Below, piece by piece: positions 24,681 through 38,559 of a DNA stretch of 64,000 nt (within the stretch, counting starts at the first letter, position 1; the number at the start of each line of letters is the position of its first letter). A model generated the notes under the pieces. It ran no database searches and had not been told where the DNA came from. It saw nothing but the letters and a program-made list of their open reading frames with translations. Source of the stretch: Mobula hypostoma (Eukaryota). The position numbers were made by a program, and so were the translations under genes. The DNA lies in contig NC_086109.1 in the NCBI RefSeq assembly GCF_963921235.1, positions 8,310,001 through 8,374,000 of the forward strand. The letters are read 5' to 3'.

Positions 24681-27600
24681 ATTTTCGCTGTGACATCTGT
24701 AAAGGTAAAAGTACCACTTTCTACGGGAGACGTTGCTGCAAGACTTTTGAGACACAGGTAAACTTTGAATTACCCCAAAAAAATGTTAGTGTTGATTGGC
24801 CCAAGCTGGGTTGTAAGCATTAAGCAAACACTTCAAGACTATCCATGTTTATTTAATTCTAGTTGGTTTCGATGTAATCTTGTTTCATAGTACTACATAG
24901 GGAAGGTTTAAAGGGATGTTGAGGGCAGGCAGCTTCCTTAAGGCACTTTGTAAAGCTGTTGTAAGTTTTGGAAGATAATTAACAAGGAAAACCTATAGAT
25001 TTATTACAAAAGGTAATGTTGTAATTTACCTTTGATAAGTTAATAAACCAATGGAAAATAGATACTGCAGTTCCACAGTATAATGTTTAGTTGAAAAAGA
25101 AATCTTTTCCAGGATTCACTTATTTATGAAGGGTTTGAAAATAATATTTTGAACCTCTATGCATTAAATTGTTTGTACAGAAACAGGTATTCCTTATGTG
25201 CTTCTCACTGGGAAAAGTTGCTGAATTATTTGTGTTTCACACCTTAAGATAAAGATGTACAGCTGTAAGAAATAGTTCCAGGTCCTCAGAAAGTTTCTGG
25301 AGCTCAAATAAGTGTCCCGTTGAGGGATTTTCCTCGGAGTCTGTTCCCCTTCAGTTATGGTTGCAGAGTTGCTTTGTCAGAACACAAGTTCTGATGCTGA
25401 AAAATGTTTGAGCAAAAAAGATTCTGAGGATGGAGCCCTCTTAGAAAATCAAAAGCAAAATACTGCAGATGAAGGATATCAGAAATAAATACCCAGCTGG
25501 TCAGGCAGCCTTCGTGGGCAGAAACAGGTCGGAAATCCAGGTTGATGATTTTTCTTCAAAGCTGTGGAAAAATTAACAGTATCCACCTGAAATTTGAACT
25601 CTTTCTGCACAGGCGCTGCCTGACCTGCTGAGTGTTTCCAACCACTTCTGATCTTACTGTGAGGGAAGCAAATAAATTTTGTGTTTGGTTGAAACCTTTC
25701 GATCTGCTGAACTGGGAACGTTTTAATTGCTGAGGATCCAGAAAGCAAAATGGAAGAGGCGAGGGAATGCGAGTTGTAAATTTTTGTCTGGATTTCGAAT
25801 TTTTTTTTTCCCATTTTGTGTGAAGAAAGTAGCACGTGCCCTGTTGTAACTCCCTGAGGGCTAGGGGATATGGGTGAAACTGGTATGTGTTAAGATGGCA
25901 CTGGTGAAATTGGGGCTAGCTTCGTGGGCATCGTGGTCAGCATGGACCCATTGGGCTGAAGGGCCTCTATCTGTGCTGTATTGTTGAATGAAGTCCCAGT
26001 CTATGCAAACTCTCCTTGTGGCACCTACGGATTCTCCCATAAGAGGAAACATTCTCTCTGTGGTAACTCCTCACAATCTTCTAGGTTTCAATCAGTTCTC
26101 CATCAGAGTATAAGATACAGGAGCAGAATTAGGCCATTTGTCCTCTCAAGTCTGCTTCTAGCTGATTTTTTAAACTCTTACTAGAGTCATGCTACAGCAC
26201 AGAAACTGGCCATTCAGCCATCAAATCTGTACTGAACTGCTATTCCTACTAACTTGGGCCCTTCATTCCTAAGTGGAGCATAAGCCATTGATGACCTCCT
26301 GTTTCCATTATCCAAAATCAGCGTTATGGTTGGAGTTGATCAACGTTTCTGCAGTCCACTGTACAGAGGACGTAGGGTTGGATTCTGACTAGTCCCACTG
26401 ACTGCATCTGGACCAGAGCCCTCCGTGCTCCGCTCATCTACTAATCCAAACTTCTCTTAAATGTTGTATTCTCCCGCCTTCTCACTGTAACCCTTAGCAC
26501 CCCCTCCCCGCCAGTCAAGAACGTATCAATCTCTGCCTAGGTGCACCAAGTGACTTGGCCTCCACTGCTCTGTGTGAGAATGAATTCTGCAGATTAACTG
26601 CCCTCTAGCCAGAAAAATTCCTCCTCATCCCAGGTCTAAAGGGACGGTCCTTTAGGCCGGATCTGGCCACTGCGTAGTCGTAGTGATGCAATCACTTGAG
26701 TCGAGTAGGATGTTCTGCTAAGGGGTTGACCGTTGGTGACTGATCCGTGATCTACATAAGACCCAGGATGTTGACAGAGAATGCCTGAGCGTGACCTTGT
26801 TTAATGTGGGGAGGCTGATGTACAGTCATCATAGAGTCGTTGGCAGATTGGGGTCATGGTCCAGTGACATGGAATGACTGGGGACCCTTCACTGCCATTG
26901 TGATGTGTCATCATCTTCTGCCAGCTCCACTGCTGAGGCCTTGGTTGGATCGCTCTTTGCCTGGACCCTCCCCCATGACCTTACCGCTACCTGTGACCCT
27001 ATCAGGAGCATCAATGTCATCAATGTCAGACAGCGTCGCTTTCGGGATTTCGGGAGCCGCGACAAGGTGACGACCCTTGGAGAGTACTGGCCGCTATAAA
27101 ATCTGTGTCACTGAAATAGTGAGCGAATATTGCATTCTGTGAATGGAAAAGTGTGAAAAACAAACTCGGTTATGAGTTCCATGGGGCTTGACGTCTGGAA
27201 TAATGTGGGTGTGCAGTAGTTCCAGGAGAATAGAGCATGGCTGTCCTTTTTACCATGAGACATGGGAACAGAATTAGGCCATTTGGCCCATCGAGTATTT
27301 CGCCATTTCATCATGGCCGATTTGTTATCTGTCTCAACCCCATTCTTCTGCCTTCTCCCCGCCCTGACTAATCAAGAACCTATCAACCTCTGCTTTAAAT
27401 ATACCCAATGACTTGATCTTCACAGCCGTCTTTGGCAATGAATTCTACAGATTCACCACTCTCTGGCTAAAGAAATTTCTCCTCATCTCTGTTCTAAAGG
27501 GACATCCTTCTATGCCGAGCCTGTGCCCTCTAGTCCTCGACACCCCCACGATAGGAAACATCGCTCCACATCCTCTCCTTTGCCAGGGGTCTCCCTTCCA

Positions 27601-29089
27601 CTGATAGCTGCATGAAGTTTTACTGGTGGGACGGCACTGTTGTAATCGAATCCTTCAACAGAGTAGCCATGGTCACCTGAGGGCTTTAGGAATCAAAGCA
27701 GTTTATCAATGAGTCAGTTTGATTTATTGACAAACCGCTATAATACCCAAAAAGGAACTTTAAGAAGTGTGATTGTTACTCAAAATGGAATTGTATACAA
27801 AGTTCCAGTGAGCAGTCTGCTCTTGTCACTGGGGTGTAGAGGGTTAGAGGGTAGTGGGTGGGTAACTCGAAACGTAGAAGAGTTGGTGCTGGTGACAACT
27901 AATAATTATAGGTGGAAATGCTAAATGAGTTGATTTCTCATCACATCTGCTCAGTGAAAATCTTTGCTTTGCATTCTGCCAGTGCCGATCGTGTCATCAT
28001 GTCAATGCATTGAGGCAGTACGGGAGAAAACGGAGCGCAGTGTAAGGTGTCAAAGTTACACAAACAGGTGCGGTGCAGGCAAACACAGTGCAGGGTGATA
28101 AAGAGGTAGATTGTGAGGGTGAGAGTCCATCTTATCGTTCTAGCGAACCGTTCAATGGTCTTTGGGGAATGGCAGATGCAACCAACAAAGTTGAAACCCT
28201 TTGCAAGAAAATTAGGGATGAAAGAATGCACGTTTTCAGGAGGTTAGCCCATTGGCCAGAGGTTTCTTTCCAGTTGCAGATGGCACGGTGTGTACCTTTG
28301 CTTCTTTCCATGAGCTCCCAGAGGCTGACTGTTGTTTGCCCAGTGCTGGCAAGCTGTGTATTTTGATGTGCCTTTTCCAGGCCTTTCTTATCCTTGTGAG
28401 TTTGCATCTCTGGTGTAGATACAAGTGTCAACACTTTGGTTGTTTCTTTGGGCGATCTTATAGCAAAAAACAAGAACCACCTTCACTGAGTAGGTCCCAT
28501 TGAAAGTGAGAAAAAAAACCCTTCTTAGTTGCACCTTGGGCACTCCGGACAGGAAGCCAAGAGGGAAATGGATACCGCTTCCCCGTTAAAGAGCCTTGCA
28601 GGTTCATAACTCACCAGAACGGGACCGGCTCCCTTTCTCATTCAAACAGTCTGCTAAGAGCTAGGAGGCTTTCTGGTGAAGCTCTACAGAGCTGATACGT
28701 AAATGATTATGATGAATTCCAAGCTCACTTCTTTAATCATCGGTGTGGCTGTTTGTTCTGATATAAGCATATGGTACTACATTCTAATTGGACCTGTCGT
28801 CTACTTTTTCATAAAATTACAGTGTCACAAAGGGGTGTTTGAATTTGCATCCAGCCTCAACACTACTTTTTAATTAGTTTCTCTTGTCTCGACATATTTT
28901 GATTTTTGTCTCTCTACCTTCCTCCTTCCTTTCCTCCCACAATATCTTTGCCTTGATTATGTACAGGCACATTTCTAATAAGTCAGGGTGAACACATCTG
29001 TGCATGTGCTGATCTGGCTTTCCAAGCCCCACTGCAGTGAGAGGTGGGGCACTGGGAACCAGACCTGCTCCCCGTGGTTGAAAAACAAC

Positions 29090-29270
29090 AGCAAAACTCT
29101 GCAGATGCTGGAAACCCTGAAATAAAAACACTCAGCAGATCAGGCAGCATCCGTGGAGAGAGAAACAGGACCCCTGTCCTGATGAAGGGTCTCGGCCTGA
29201 AACTTCAACCATGCATTCCCCTCCACAGCAGCTTCCTGACCTGCTGAGTTTTCCAGCATTTTGTATGCGT
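29090..29270 (+). mobile_element. Penelope-derived fold-back copy with a hammerhead-like core
   Basis: Inverted arms; gtcCTGATGAAGGgtctcggCCTGAAACTTC at 29176-29206. Confidence 0.7.
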
Positions 29271-30965
29271 GTCTGTGTTCCTGTTTCAAGCCTTCTGTTT
29301 CTCTCTCTCAGTTATATATTCTGCTCTGTTCTTTTGCACCAATCCCAGCTGTATTTCTACCGACTGAAGACATCTCGAACTGTTGCAGTGAGGATTTCAC
29401 AGTGGAATCATACATAAACAATTTAAAAGTACTGTCTGTGTACTGTAGTGGTTTCCCAGTGATATTTAACAGAAGTTTCCTTTTCTTCGACTAATTAAGG
29501 TAGTTCAATTCTTCAACCTTTTAATGAGTTCTAGTTTTTGAATGTAGCAGAAGTCTCTGACATGTTTTTGGTACTTTGGCTGAATTGTATCGAAAAGAAA
29601 TTGTGCAGGTATTCAGTTCAGTATAATCATTGGTTGCTCCTGTAAGCATATCCTATCCCAGTTTAAAACCATGTGTTTATTCGGTTAGCAATTATCTGAA
29701 TCAGTTAGCGTGATGGAAAGTGCATGAATTAATGTAAGTTACACCAACAACTAAATTTTCCTTGTGGATTCCGTGATCAAAGGGTTGAGATTTTAAGAGG
29801 GGCCATGACTGAGGTACGCCAGATTATGAGGGATATTGATAGCATACATTGCTGGGAACTTCTCCGCATCTCAGATTAGATCAAACTAGAGGACGGGGTT
29901 TCTGGTGAGGGGGTAAAAGAATTAGAGCGATGGTTCCCACCCTAGGGTCCACAGACGCCTTGCTTAATGGTATTAGTTCAATGCATAAAAAAGGTTGTGA
30001 AACTGATTTGGAGAGTATCTGAAGAGACCCTTCTCTGAGAGAGTGGTAAGTCCCTGGTATACTGTTCCTGAAAATGGGTTGAAGACTGAAATCATTCAAA
30101 AAGCATCAAGATGAGAAGCTCAATAAATCATTTAGGGATAGGACCAAGTATAGAAGGTTTGGGCCAAATGGCCTGTTTCTACGCTACAATTATATGATCA
30201 AACCACCTTTGATAATCACCCACTTTTCAGGTACAGGAGCTTCACTTTTGATGGTATCTTAATGTGGCCCGTCTACCCTAAGACCAGTTTATCAGTAATG
30301 GGTGACAGCTGTACCTCCACCCACTGGAAGAGGGCAAAAAAATAGCAGAAGTAACTGGTTCAAAGGGCTAAGCAATATTGCATTATTTTCTTAGTGAGCT
30401 GTGCGGTCTGCCTTACAAAGGGGTTTGCATAACACCTACCAATTGCACCCAAGGTTAAACAGGTAACTTGGAGAGTGGGTTTTGATTTCTCAAGGACAGA
30501 GGTCTCCAACGTGGGGTCCACGGACCCCTTCCTTAGTGGTATTGGTCCGTGGCATTAAAAAGGCTGGGAACCCCTGTTCTAGAATCTGATCTGGTGTCGT
30601 TGCTATAGAAGGAAATATATTTTACACAGGGTTTTTGGGACCACAAGTGTTTTAAACTTTCTTTTTCAAAGAAAATTGTGCATAAAAAGCACCCACAGGC
30701 CCCCTTCATCCTCATTAATACTGGTCAGCACAGCCGTGTAAGCAATGCAGTTTCTTTACTTCCCAGTTTCCGAAGAGTATATCTTCTCCTTCCAATACTT
30801 GCTCAATTTGCTCTGTAATTGTCAACCGTACAGGGAATCAGCAACACAGTGGTGACAGGAGGTTGCCAGTTTTCTGATGGCTTTTTTCAGTTTTCTTATC
30901 AACCTTGCCCTGGCCCAGAAGTGTGCTTTCTCTTCTTCACTGTTACTGTTGTTGTTTAAAATGTA

Positions 30966-31498
30966 CACTCAGAGGCCACTTTATTGGTAAAGGAGTGGAA
31001 CCCGGTGCGGTCTGATGCTGCTGGAGTTCACCAATTCAAGGTTGGACGCGTTGTGCATTCAGAGATGCCCTTCTGCACACCACTGTTGTAATGCATGGTG
31101 ATTTGAGATACTGTCACCTCCCCGTCAACTTGAACCAGTCTGGCCATTCTCCTCTGACCCCTCTCATTAACGGTGTTTTCTCCCACAGAACTGCCGCTCA
31201 CTGGATGTTTTATCATTTTTTTGCACCATTCTCTGTAAATTCTAGAGACTGGGACTAAAATCCCAGGAGATCAGCAGTTTCTGAGATACTCAAACCACCC
31301 CGCCTGGCACCAACAATCATTCCACAGTCAAAGTCACTTAGATCAGATTCCTTCCTCGCTCTGATGTTTGTTCTTGACAACAACTGAACCTTTTGACCAT
31401 GTCTGCATGCTTTTATACGTTGACTTCCTGCCTCATGATTGGCTGATTAGATATTTGCATTAACGAGCAGGTGTAACTAATAAAGTGGCCGCTGGGTG
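30966..31498 (-). mobile_element. internally deleted Tc1-family element (MITE-like)
   Basis: TA|CACTCAGAGGCCACTTTATT ... AATAAAGTGGCCGCTGGGTG|TA; minus-strand remnant ERGQRRMARLVQ..SQITMHYNSG..ISECTTR of a Tc1 transposase N-terminus. Confidence 0.85.
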
Positions 31499-33312
31499 TA
31501 CGCTTTAATGTTGTACACATTGGTTAGCGTTCTTGCCAGAGTTATGGCTCTGTGTCTCGGCTACATCTGTTGCTTTGCCAGTAACAGGGAAACTTTCAAA
31601 CCTTAAAGTCAAAAGCCATGCTTACGGTGAAAGATCGATGTTTCAGAAGAAATCCAACCTTTCGCCTCTAATGGTAGAAAAGAATTTGTACGAGATTCTT
31701 TGGTAACCGGAGTAGAAGGTTGGGCAGTTCATTTTGTTAACTCGGACAGTGGAAGTGACTAATTTAATTCACTCCAGCAAGTCCTTGTGGCCAATGATGT
31801 TCTAGTTGTTTTTCCTTTTGAAACACCAGTTTTAATTTAGGGAAAGGGATTTATAATTGAGATAACAGGTTATGCAGTGGGATATATGCATGTTCGTTAC
31901 ACATTGCCGTCATCACCTTGATATACTGATAATTGGTAGGCATTTTAATTTCCTGTCTACTACCAGTCATTTGGGGCATCTTTGCTCTTATATTAAAAAA
32001 ATTGTGCCCATTTTTGAAGTATTTTTATATACATTATGTTGATATTAAATTGGTCTGAGAATTTTGCTTTTGTGTATAATTCTGTTTCTATGTATAATAT
32101 ATTCTATTCTCTTGGGTTAATTTAAAAGTGAGCGACACTAAAAAGTATAAAGAACACACTATGGCTTAAGTTATTGAATAAAAATGTATGGTGCTGTAGC
32201 TTAAAGGTATATATTCTGTTTAATAAGCATCAAAAATAGTGCAGCTTCGCTAACTTAAATCTTGAAAGATGAGAAACTTATTAATTCTGACGTGTGTGTC
32301 TTACATGTGTGTGCGTGTGTGTGTGTGTGTGTGTGCGTGTTCCTCCATGAAACGAGTCAGTAGTGTCCAGTAGGCTTGGGAGCAATGTCCAGACTCATTG
32401 CCCTAGTGTTGTATGTTAACCTGCTGCGGCTCTTTACCTTCGACACAGGAACTAAGGGAATGCTTTTCTTTTGTAAATGCACCCGACTCTTAAACTCTGC
32501 CACCAAGTTTCTCAGTTTCCATTTAAAAGTTTTAAGATGTTTTTGATGAATATAATATTGATTGTAAAAGGCGGCAAAGTCTCATCAGCTGCGCAGTGGC
32601 AACGTTTTGTGTTTTCGTCTGCTTTTTGGGGGGGGGGGTGCGGTGCAAAGTTTGGAAAGTTTAAACTGTGGGAGACCGGGAAAGAGAGCTTCGATGCAGC
32701 TTCATTGCACAAGTGAATGTATAATACATATTCTTCGGTTTTTGAATAATTCCATCCTTCAATAAACTCACTAGTGAAGCTAAACTATTTCTTTAAACGC
32801 AGACAAGAGCAAGACCGAGGTATCCAGTAACTAGTGTAATAAACACTGGTATTTTTGTAAAAAAAAAACTCATGAAAAGCTTAAAAAATTTTTGAAAATG
32901 ACTGAATAATTATGTGGTATGCATGACGTACTGTGGTGGATCAGAGCAATATGCACCTAATGTGCTTTGCCACATTAGCGTTCAGCTTGGAGTGCTGATG
33001 CTGTATCTTGCATTTTGATATTTTTTTCTCATTACCAGTGATATAACCTCTATGTAAAATGTTTTGCATGTATTTTTATGGTTCTTGTGATGGAATGGAA
33101 TGAATAGTCAAAACAGCTTCTTCCAGAACACAATATAATCAATGACTACTAAGTTCAGTTTGAGAAGCAAGATCAGATTTAAAAATTGGCGACGAGATCT
33201 TAAACTTCAAAAGTGTGATTCTAGAAACTTCAGAGTATTTTTTTACAAACAGCCTGCATTTGTGAATCATAAAGAAAAAAAATGTATCCTGCAATCTTCT
33301 TGTATTAAAAGG

Positions 33313-33370
33313 AATAAATATTTCTCCTTCTGTTGTTTATGGATAACTTTTTTATCCTGTTGTAAATAAA
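33313..33370 (+). terminator. ATP2B4: candidate distal poly(A) signals of ATP2B4
   Basis: AATAAA at 33313-33318 and 33365-33370, followed by U/GU-rich sequence, ending a repeat-poor AT-rich block (31900-33420). Another AATAAA is at 32838. Confidence 0.45.
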
Positions 33371-33787
33371 TTCATTTCTTTGTTTATTTTGAACTATGCA
33401 AATAGCTCTGTAGTTATAACCTCTTCCTTTATATTTTTTTTTCTCTTCAGTTAAATGTGCTTTGGTGGAATGTGTTTTGTTTTGGAAGATTGTAGTAAAT
33501 GAACGTGTGCAGTCTCTATCTCTCTCTCTTCCTCTCCTTCTCTCTCTCTTCCCATCAAGCTAAGTTCAGACAACGATGTCAATTGATTAAAAACAAATAA
33601 AGAATCTGGGGGAATGGAAAATTTGTGTCTCTCTGTTACTGGTGGGATTGTGTCCTGGATCTGGGGAATGTGGAATTTGTACATAATGTGAATGGGAACT
33701 GAATATTTCTTATGGATTCTAAATTGGTAAATAGTTTATTATTGACACCTACACCAAGGTACAGTGAAAAAATTGTCTTGCATACTA

Positions 33788-34325
33788 CACACCAGCTGTG
33801 TGGTGAAAAAGGCACAACAGCGCCTCTTTCACCTCAGACAGTTGAGGAAGTTTGGTGTGGGCCCCCCAGATCCTAAGAACTTTCTACAGGGGCACAATTG
33901 AGAGCATCCTGACTGGCTGCATCACTGCCTGGTGTGGGAACTGTACTTCCCTCAATCTCAGGACTCTGCAGAGAGTGGTGCGGACAGCCCAGCGCATCTG
34001 TGTTGTGAACTTCCCATGATTCAGGACATTTACAAGGACAGGTGTGTAAAAAGCGCCCGTAGGATGATTGGGGACCCAAGTTGCCCCAGCCACAATCTAT
34101 TCCAGCTGCTACCATCTGGGAAACGGTACTGCAGCACAAAAGCCAGGACCAGCAGGCCATCAGACTGATGAACTCATGTTGATTTAAGTGTATTCTGTAT
34201 TACATTGACTGTTCTATTTATTTAGAAATGATTATGATTGCACATGGCACATTTAGATGGAGCGTAACAAAGATTTTTACTCATGTATGTGAAGGATGTA
34301 AGAAATAAAGTCAAATCAATTCAAT
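33788..34325 (+). mobile_element. Rex1/Babar-type LINE 3' fragment
   Basis: KKAQQRLFHLRQLRKFG..FYRGTIESILTGCITAW..HNLFQLLPSGKRY remnants and an (AATTC)-type tail. Confidence 0.8.
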
Positions 34326-36394
34326 ATCCAGACATGCTCCTGATTTGGAGTATTGTGTACAGTTTTGGTCGCTACCTACAGGAAAGACATTAATAAGGTT
34401 GAAAGAGTAAAGAGAAAATTTACCAGGATGTTGCAAGTGTGGAGAACCTGAGTTATATTTGGGAGATTGAGGGGAAATTTGATAGCGGTATACACAATTA
34501 TGAGGGGTATAGATAGGGTAATTACAAGCAGGCTTTTTTCCATTGGGTGGGACTACAACTAGAAGTCATGAGTTAAAAGGGAAATGTTTAAGAGGAACAT
34601 GAGGGGAAACTTCTTCACTCGGAGGGTCATGGGAGTGCGGAATGAGCTGCCAGCACAAGTGGTAAGTGCGAGCTTGATTTCAGCATTTCAGGGAAATTTA
34701 GGTAAGTACTAGGGATGTTAGGGGTGTAGAGGGCTACGGTCCCGGTGTAGGTCAATGGGAGTAGGCAGTTTAAATGTTTCGGCACATAGTAGATGGGCCA
34801 AAAGGCCTGTTTCTGTGCTGTACTTTTTCTATGACTGTGACTCTTACAGGTCAATTTCATTACAGCAGTGCATTGACATGGTACAAGGCAGAATAATAAC
34901 AATGTAGAATAAAGTTATAAACACAGGAGATTCTGCAGCTGCTGAAAATCTGGAGCAGCACACAAAATGCAAGGAGGAACTCAGCAGGGCAGGCAGCATT
35001 TATGGAAAAAAAAATAAAAAATAGAGAGTAGTTGGTACGTGGAATGTACTGCCTGAGCCAGTGGTGGAGGCAGATACACTAGTGAAGTTTAAGAGACTAC
35101 TAGACAGGTATATGGAGGAATTTAAGGTGGGGGGTTATATGGGAGGCAGGATTTGAGGGTCGGCACAACATTGTGAGCTGAAGGGCCTGTACTGTGCTGT
35201 ACTATTCTATGTAAACGGTCAAGACCCTTCGTTAGAGTGCAAATTAAAGTGTAACAGTTACAGAGAAAGTGCAGTGCAGGCAGACAATAAGGGACAAGGG
35301 CTTGATGAGGTAGATTGTTAGCTCAATTTCTCCAGTACTTAATTAGAAGTGATCATGACTGTGATCTTAACCACTAATTTCCTGTTCTCCGATGAGGCAA
35401 AAATCAGGGGTTCCCAACCTTTTTTTTATGCCATGGACCCCTACCATCAACCTGGACCCCAGGTTGTGAATTCCTGTCTATAAACACAAGATTCCTGCAG
35501 ATGCTGAAAACTAGAGTAACACACAAAGTGCTGGAAGAACTCAGCGGGTCAGGCAGCATCTGTGAAAAGGAGTAAGCTAGTGCTTGGTGACTGGAACATT
35601 GTGAACATGCTATGTTGGCACCGGAATATGTGGCAACACTTGCGGGCTGCCACAGCACAGCCTTGGGTGTGTTGGTTGTTAATGCAAATGACACATTTCA
35701 CTGCATGTTTTGATGTCCATGTGATAAATAAATCTGAATCTGGTTAAACTTTCAGCTTTTCAAGCCAAGACCCTTTATCTCAGCCAGAAAGGTCAATTGT
35801 TCATTCTCCTCTATAGATGCTGTCTGACCTGTTGAGTTCCTCCAGCACTTTCTGTGTGTTGCCAGACCAACGTTTAGTTATGCTGTTCAGTCCATGGTAT
35901 TTTGCTCTGCCTGAGTCTCAGCACTCTGAAACCAGTGGAAATTGTTTTCTGTTTGTCTGCCTGCCTTCTGATCACTGGAGTTGTACTGCGCATTGGAACG
36001 TGAGATTGTGTGGGGCCTGGTTCAGAGGTTGCAAGTTTTCTTGAGCTGAACTAAGGGCAGGAGTTGATCCGACAGTCATTCAATAAGTTTGTGGCTGATG
36101 TGGCTTTAGTGTCTCCTCAATTCCCCAATGAGTGACTGAATGTACGAGCGCAGGTTGCAGAGTGCTCCAGTATAGACTATACCAAAGCTTAACGGCTATG
36201 CATCACAAACCCTTTGAGTCTTCATGAAGGGTCTCGGCCCAAAGCATTGACTGCTTATTCCCCTCCACAGATGCTGCCTGACCTGCTGAGTTTCCAACAT
36301 CTGCAGAATCTCTTGTGTTTATGATTAGTTACTCATATCCATCTTAAACAGGTGCCTTCTTTAAAGATTAGCTTTACATGTACATCAAAACATA

Positions 36395-38168
36395 TAATGG
36401 CATGCAAAAGTTTGGGCACCCCGGTCAAAATTTCTGTTACTGTCAATAGCTGAGCGAGTAGAAGATGACCTGATTTCCAAAAGGCATAAAGTTAAAGATG
36501 ACACATTTCTTTAATATTTTAAGCAAGATAACTTTTTTATTTCCGTCTTTTACGGTTTCAAAATAACAAAAAAGGAAAAGGACCCAAAGGAAAAGTTTGG
36601 GCACCCTGCATGGTCAGTACTTAGTAACACCCCCTTTGGCAAGTATCACAGCTTGTAAATGCTTTCTGTAGCCAGCTAAGAGTCTTTCAATGCAAACATG
36701 AGGAAATATGCAGATGCTGGAATTTTAAGGGTCTCGGCCGGAAACATCAACTGTACCTCTTCCTAGAGATGCTGCCTGGCCTGCTGTGTTCACCAGCAAC
36801 TTTTATGTGTGTTGCTTAAGAGTCTTTCAATTCTTGTCTGGGGGGATTTTTGCCCATTCTTCCTTGCAAAAGGCTTCTAGTTCTGTGAGATTCTTGGGCC
36901 GCCTTGCATGCACTGCTCTTTTCAGGTCTATCCACAGATTTTCAATGATGTTTCGGTCGGGGGACTGTGAGGCCCATGGCAAAACCTTCAGCTTGTGCCT
37001 CTTGAGGTAGTCCATTGTGGATTTTGAGGTGTGTTTAGGATCATTATCCTGTTGTAGAAGCCATCGTCTTTTCATCTTCAGCTTTTTTACAGACGGTGTG
37101 ATATTTGCTTCCAGAATTTGCTAGTATTTAATTGAATTCATTCTTCCCTCTACCAGTGAAATGTTCCCCATGCCACTGGCTGCAACACAAGCCCAAAGCA
37201 TGATTGATCCACCCCCGTGCTTAACAGTTGGAGAGGTGTTCTTTTCATGAAATTCTGCACCCTTTTTTCTCCAAACCTATCTTTGCTCATTGCGGCCAAA
37301 ATGTTCTATTTTAACTTCATCAGCCTACAGGACTTGTTTCCAAAATGCATCAGGCTTGTTTAGATGTTCTTTTGCAAACTTCTGACGCTGAATTTTGTGG
37401 TGAGGATGCAGGAAATGTTTTCTTCTGATGACTCTTCCATGAAGGTCATATTTGTGCAGGTGTCGCTGCACAGTAGAACAGTGCACCACCACTCCAGAGT
37501 CTGCTAAATCTTCCTGAAGGTCTTTTGCAGTCAAACAGGGGTTTTGATTTGCCTTTCTAGCAATCCTACGAGCAGTTTTTGGAAAGTTTTCTTGGTCTTC
37601 CAGACCTCAACTTGACCTCCACCGTTTCTGTTAACTGCCATTTCTTAATTACAAAGTTTGTACATTACCAACTGAGGAAACAGCTACCTGAAAACTCTTT
37701 GCTATCTTCTTATAGCCTTCTCCTGCTTTGTGGGCATCATTTATTTTAATTTTCAAAGTGCTAGGCAGCTGCTTACAGGAGCCCATGGCTGCTGATTGTT
37801 GGGACAAGGTTTGAGGAGTTAGGGTATTTATAAAGCTTTGAAATTTGCATCACCTGGCCTTTCCTAACAATGACTGTGAACAAGCCATAACCTTAACAAG
37901 CTAATTGAGGTCTGAGACCTTGGTAAAAGTTATCTGAGAGCTCAAATCTCTTGGGGTGCCCAAACTTTTGCACGGTGCTCCTTTCCTTTTTTTTCCACTC
38001 TAAAATTGTACAGAACAAAAATAATACACGAATCTTGCTTAAAATGTTGAAAAGACTGTTTCATCTTTAACTTAATGACTTTTGGAGATCAGTTCATCTC
38101 CTACTCACTCAACTATTCACAGTAACAGAAATTTTGACCAGGGGTGCCCAAACTTTTGCATCCCACTA
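36395..38168 (-). mobile_element. third Tc1 transposon, near full length, dead (transposase remnant 37786-36614)
   Basis: TA|TAATGGCATGCAAAAGTTTGGGCACCCC ... GGGGTGCCCAAACTTTTGCATCCCACTA|TA, with inner direct repeats at ~36590 and ~37955. Minus-strand peptides: MGSCKQLP.., LHGRVIRRK, QQDNDPKHTSKST, SPDRNIIENLW. Confidence 0.92.
36692..36816 (+). mobile_element. Penelope-derived insertion inside the Tc1 transposase, 15-bp TSD
   Basis: Perfect TSD TAAGAGTCTTTCAAT at 36677-36691 and 36817-36831; inverted 3' tip followed by a 5'-truncated body. Confidence 0.85.
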
Positions 38169-38480
38169 TACAGTCAAAGACTACGCTCACCCCCAGACCT
38201 GCACACTTCTCCCCTCTCCCAGCAAAATAAAAAAGTTTGAAAACACACACCACCAAGCTCAAGGACAGCTTCCGTCTTACAGACACAGTTCTGGCTGCCT
38301 TATGATAGGAAGCATGTGCAAGCTTCAGAGATGGTGCAGAGGAGACTCACCAGGAAGCTGCCTGGACTGGAGGGCATGCCTAGGAATATAGGTTGAATGA
38401 ATGTGTGGTTTACACCAGAGACCAATACTGTCTGAGGACGAGCTTGGGGCAAGCTGCAAGTGTGTTGTTTCTTGCACCAG

Positions 38481-38559
38481 CATAGTGTGCCCACAATTTA
38501 CTAATCCATAGCATGCCCACAATTTACTCATCCGTAGCACGCCCACAACTTACTCATCC
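38481..38559. repeat. 3 x ~26-bp tandem repeat inside a SINE-like copy
   Basis: C(A/G)TAG(TG/CA)(T/C)GCCCACAA(T/C)TTACT(A/C)ATC repeated three times. Confidence 0.8.
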
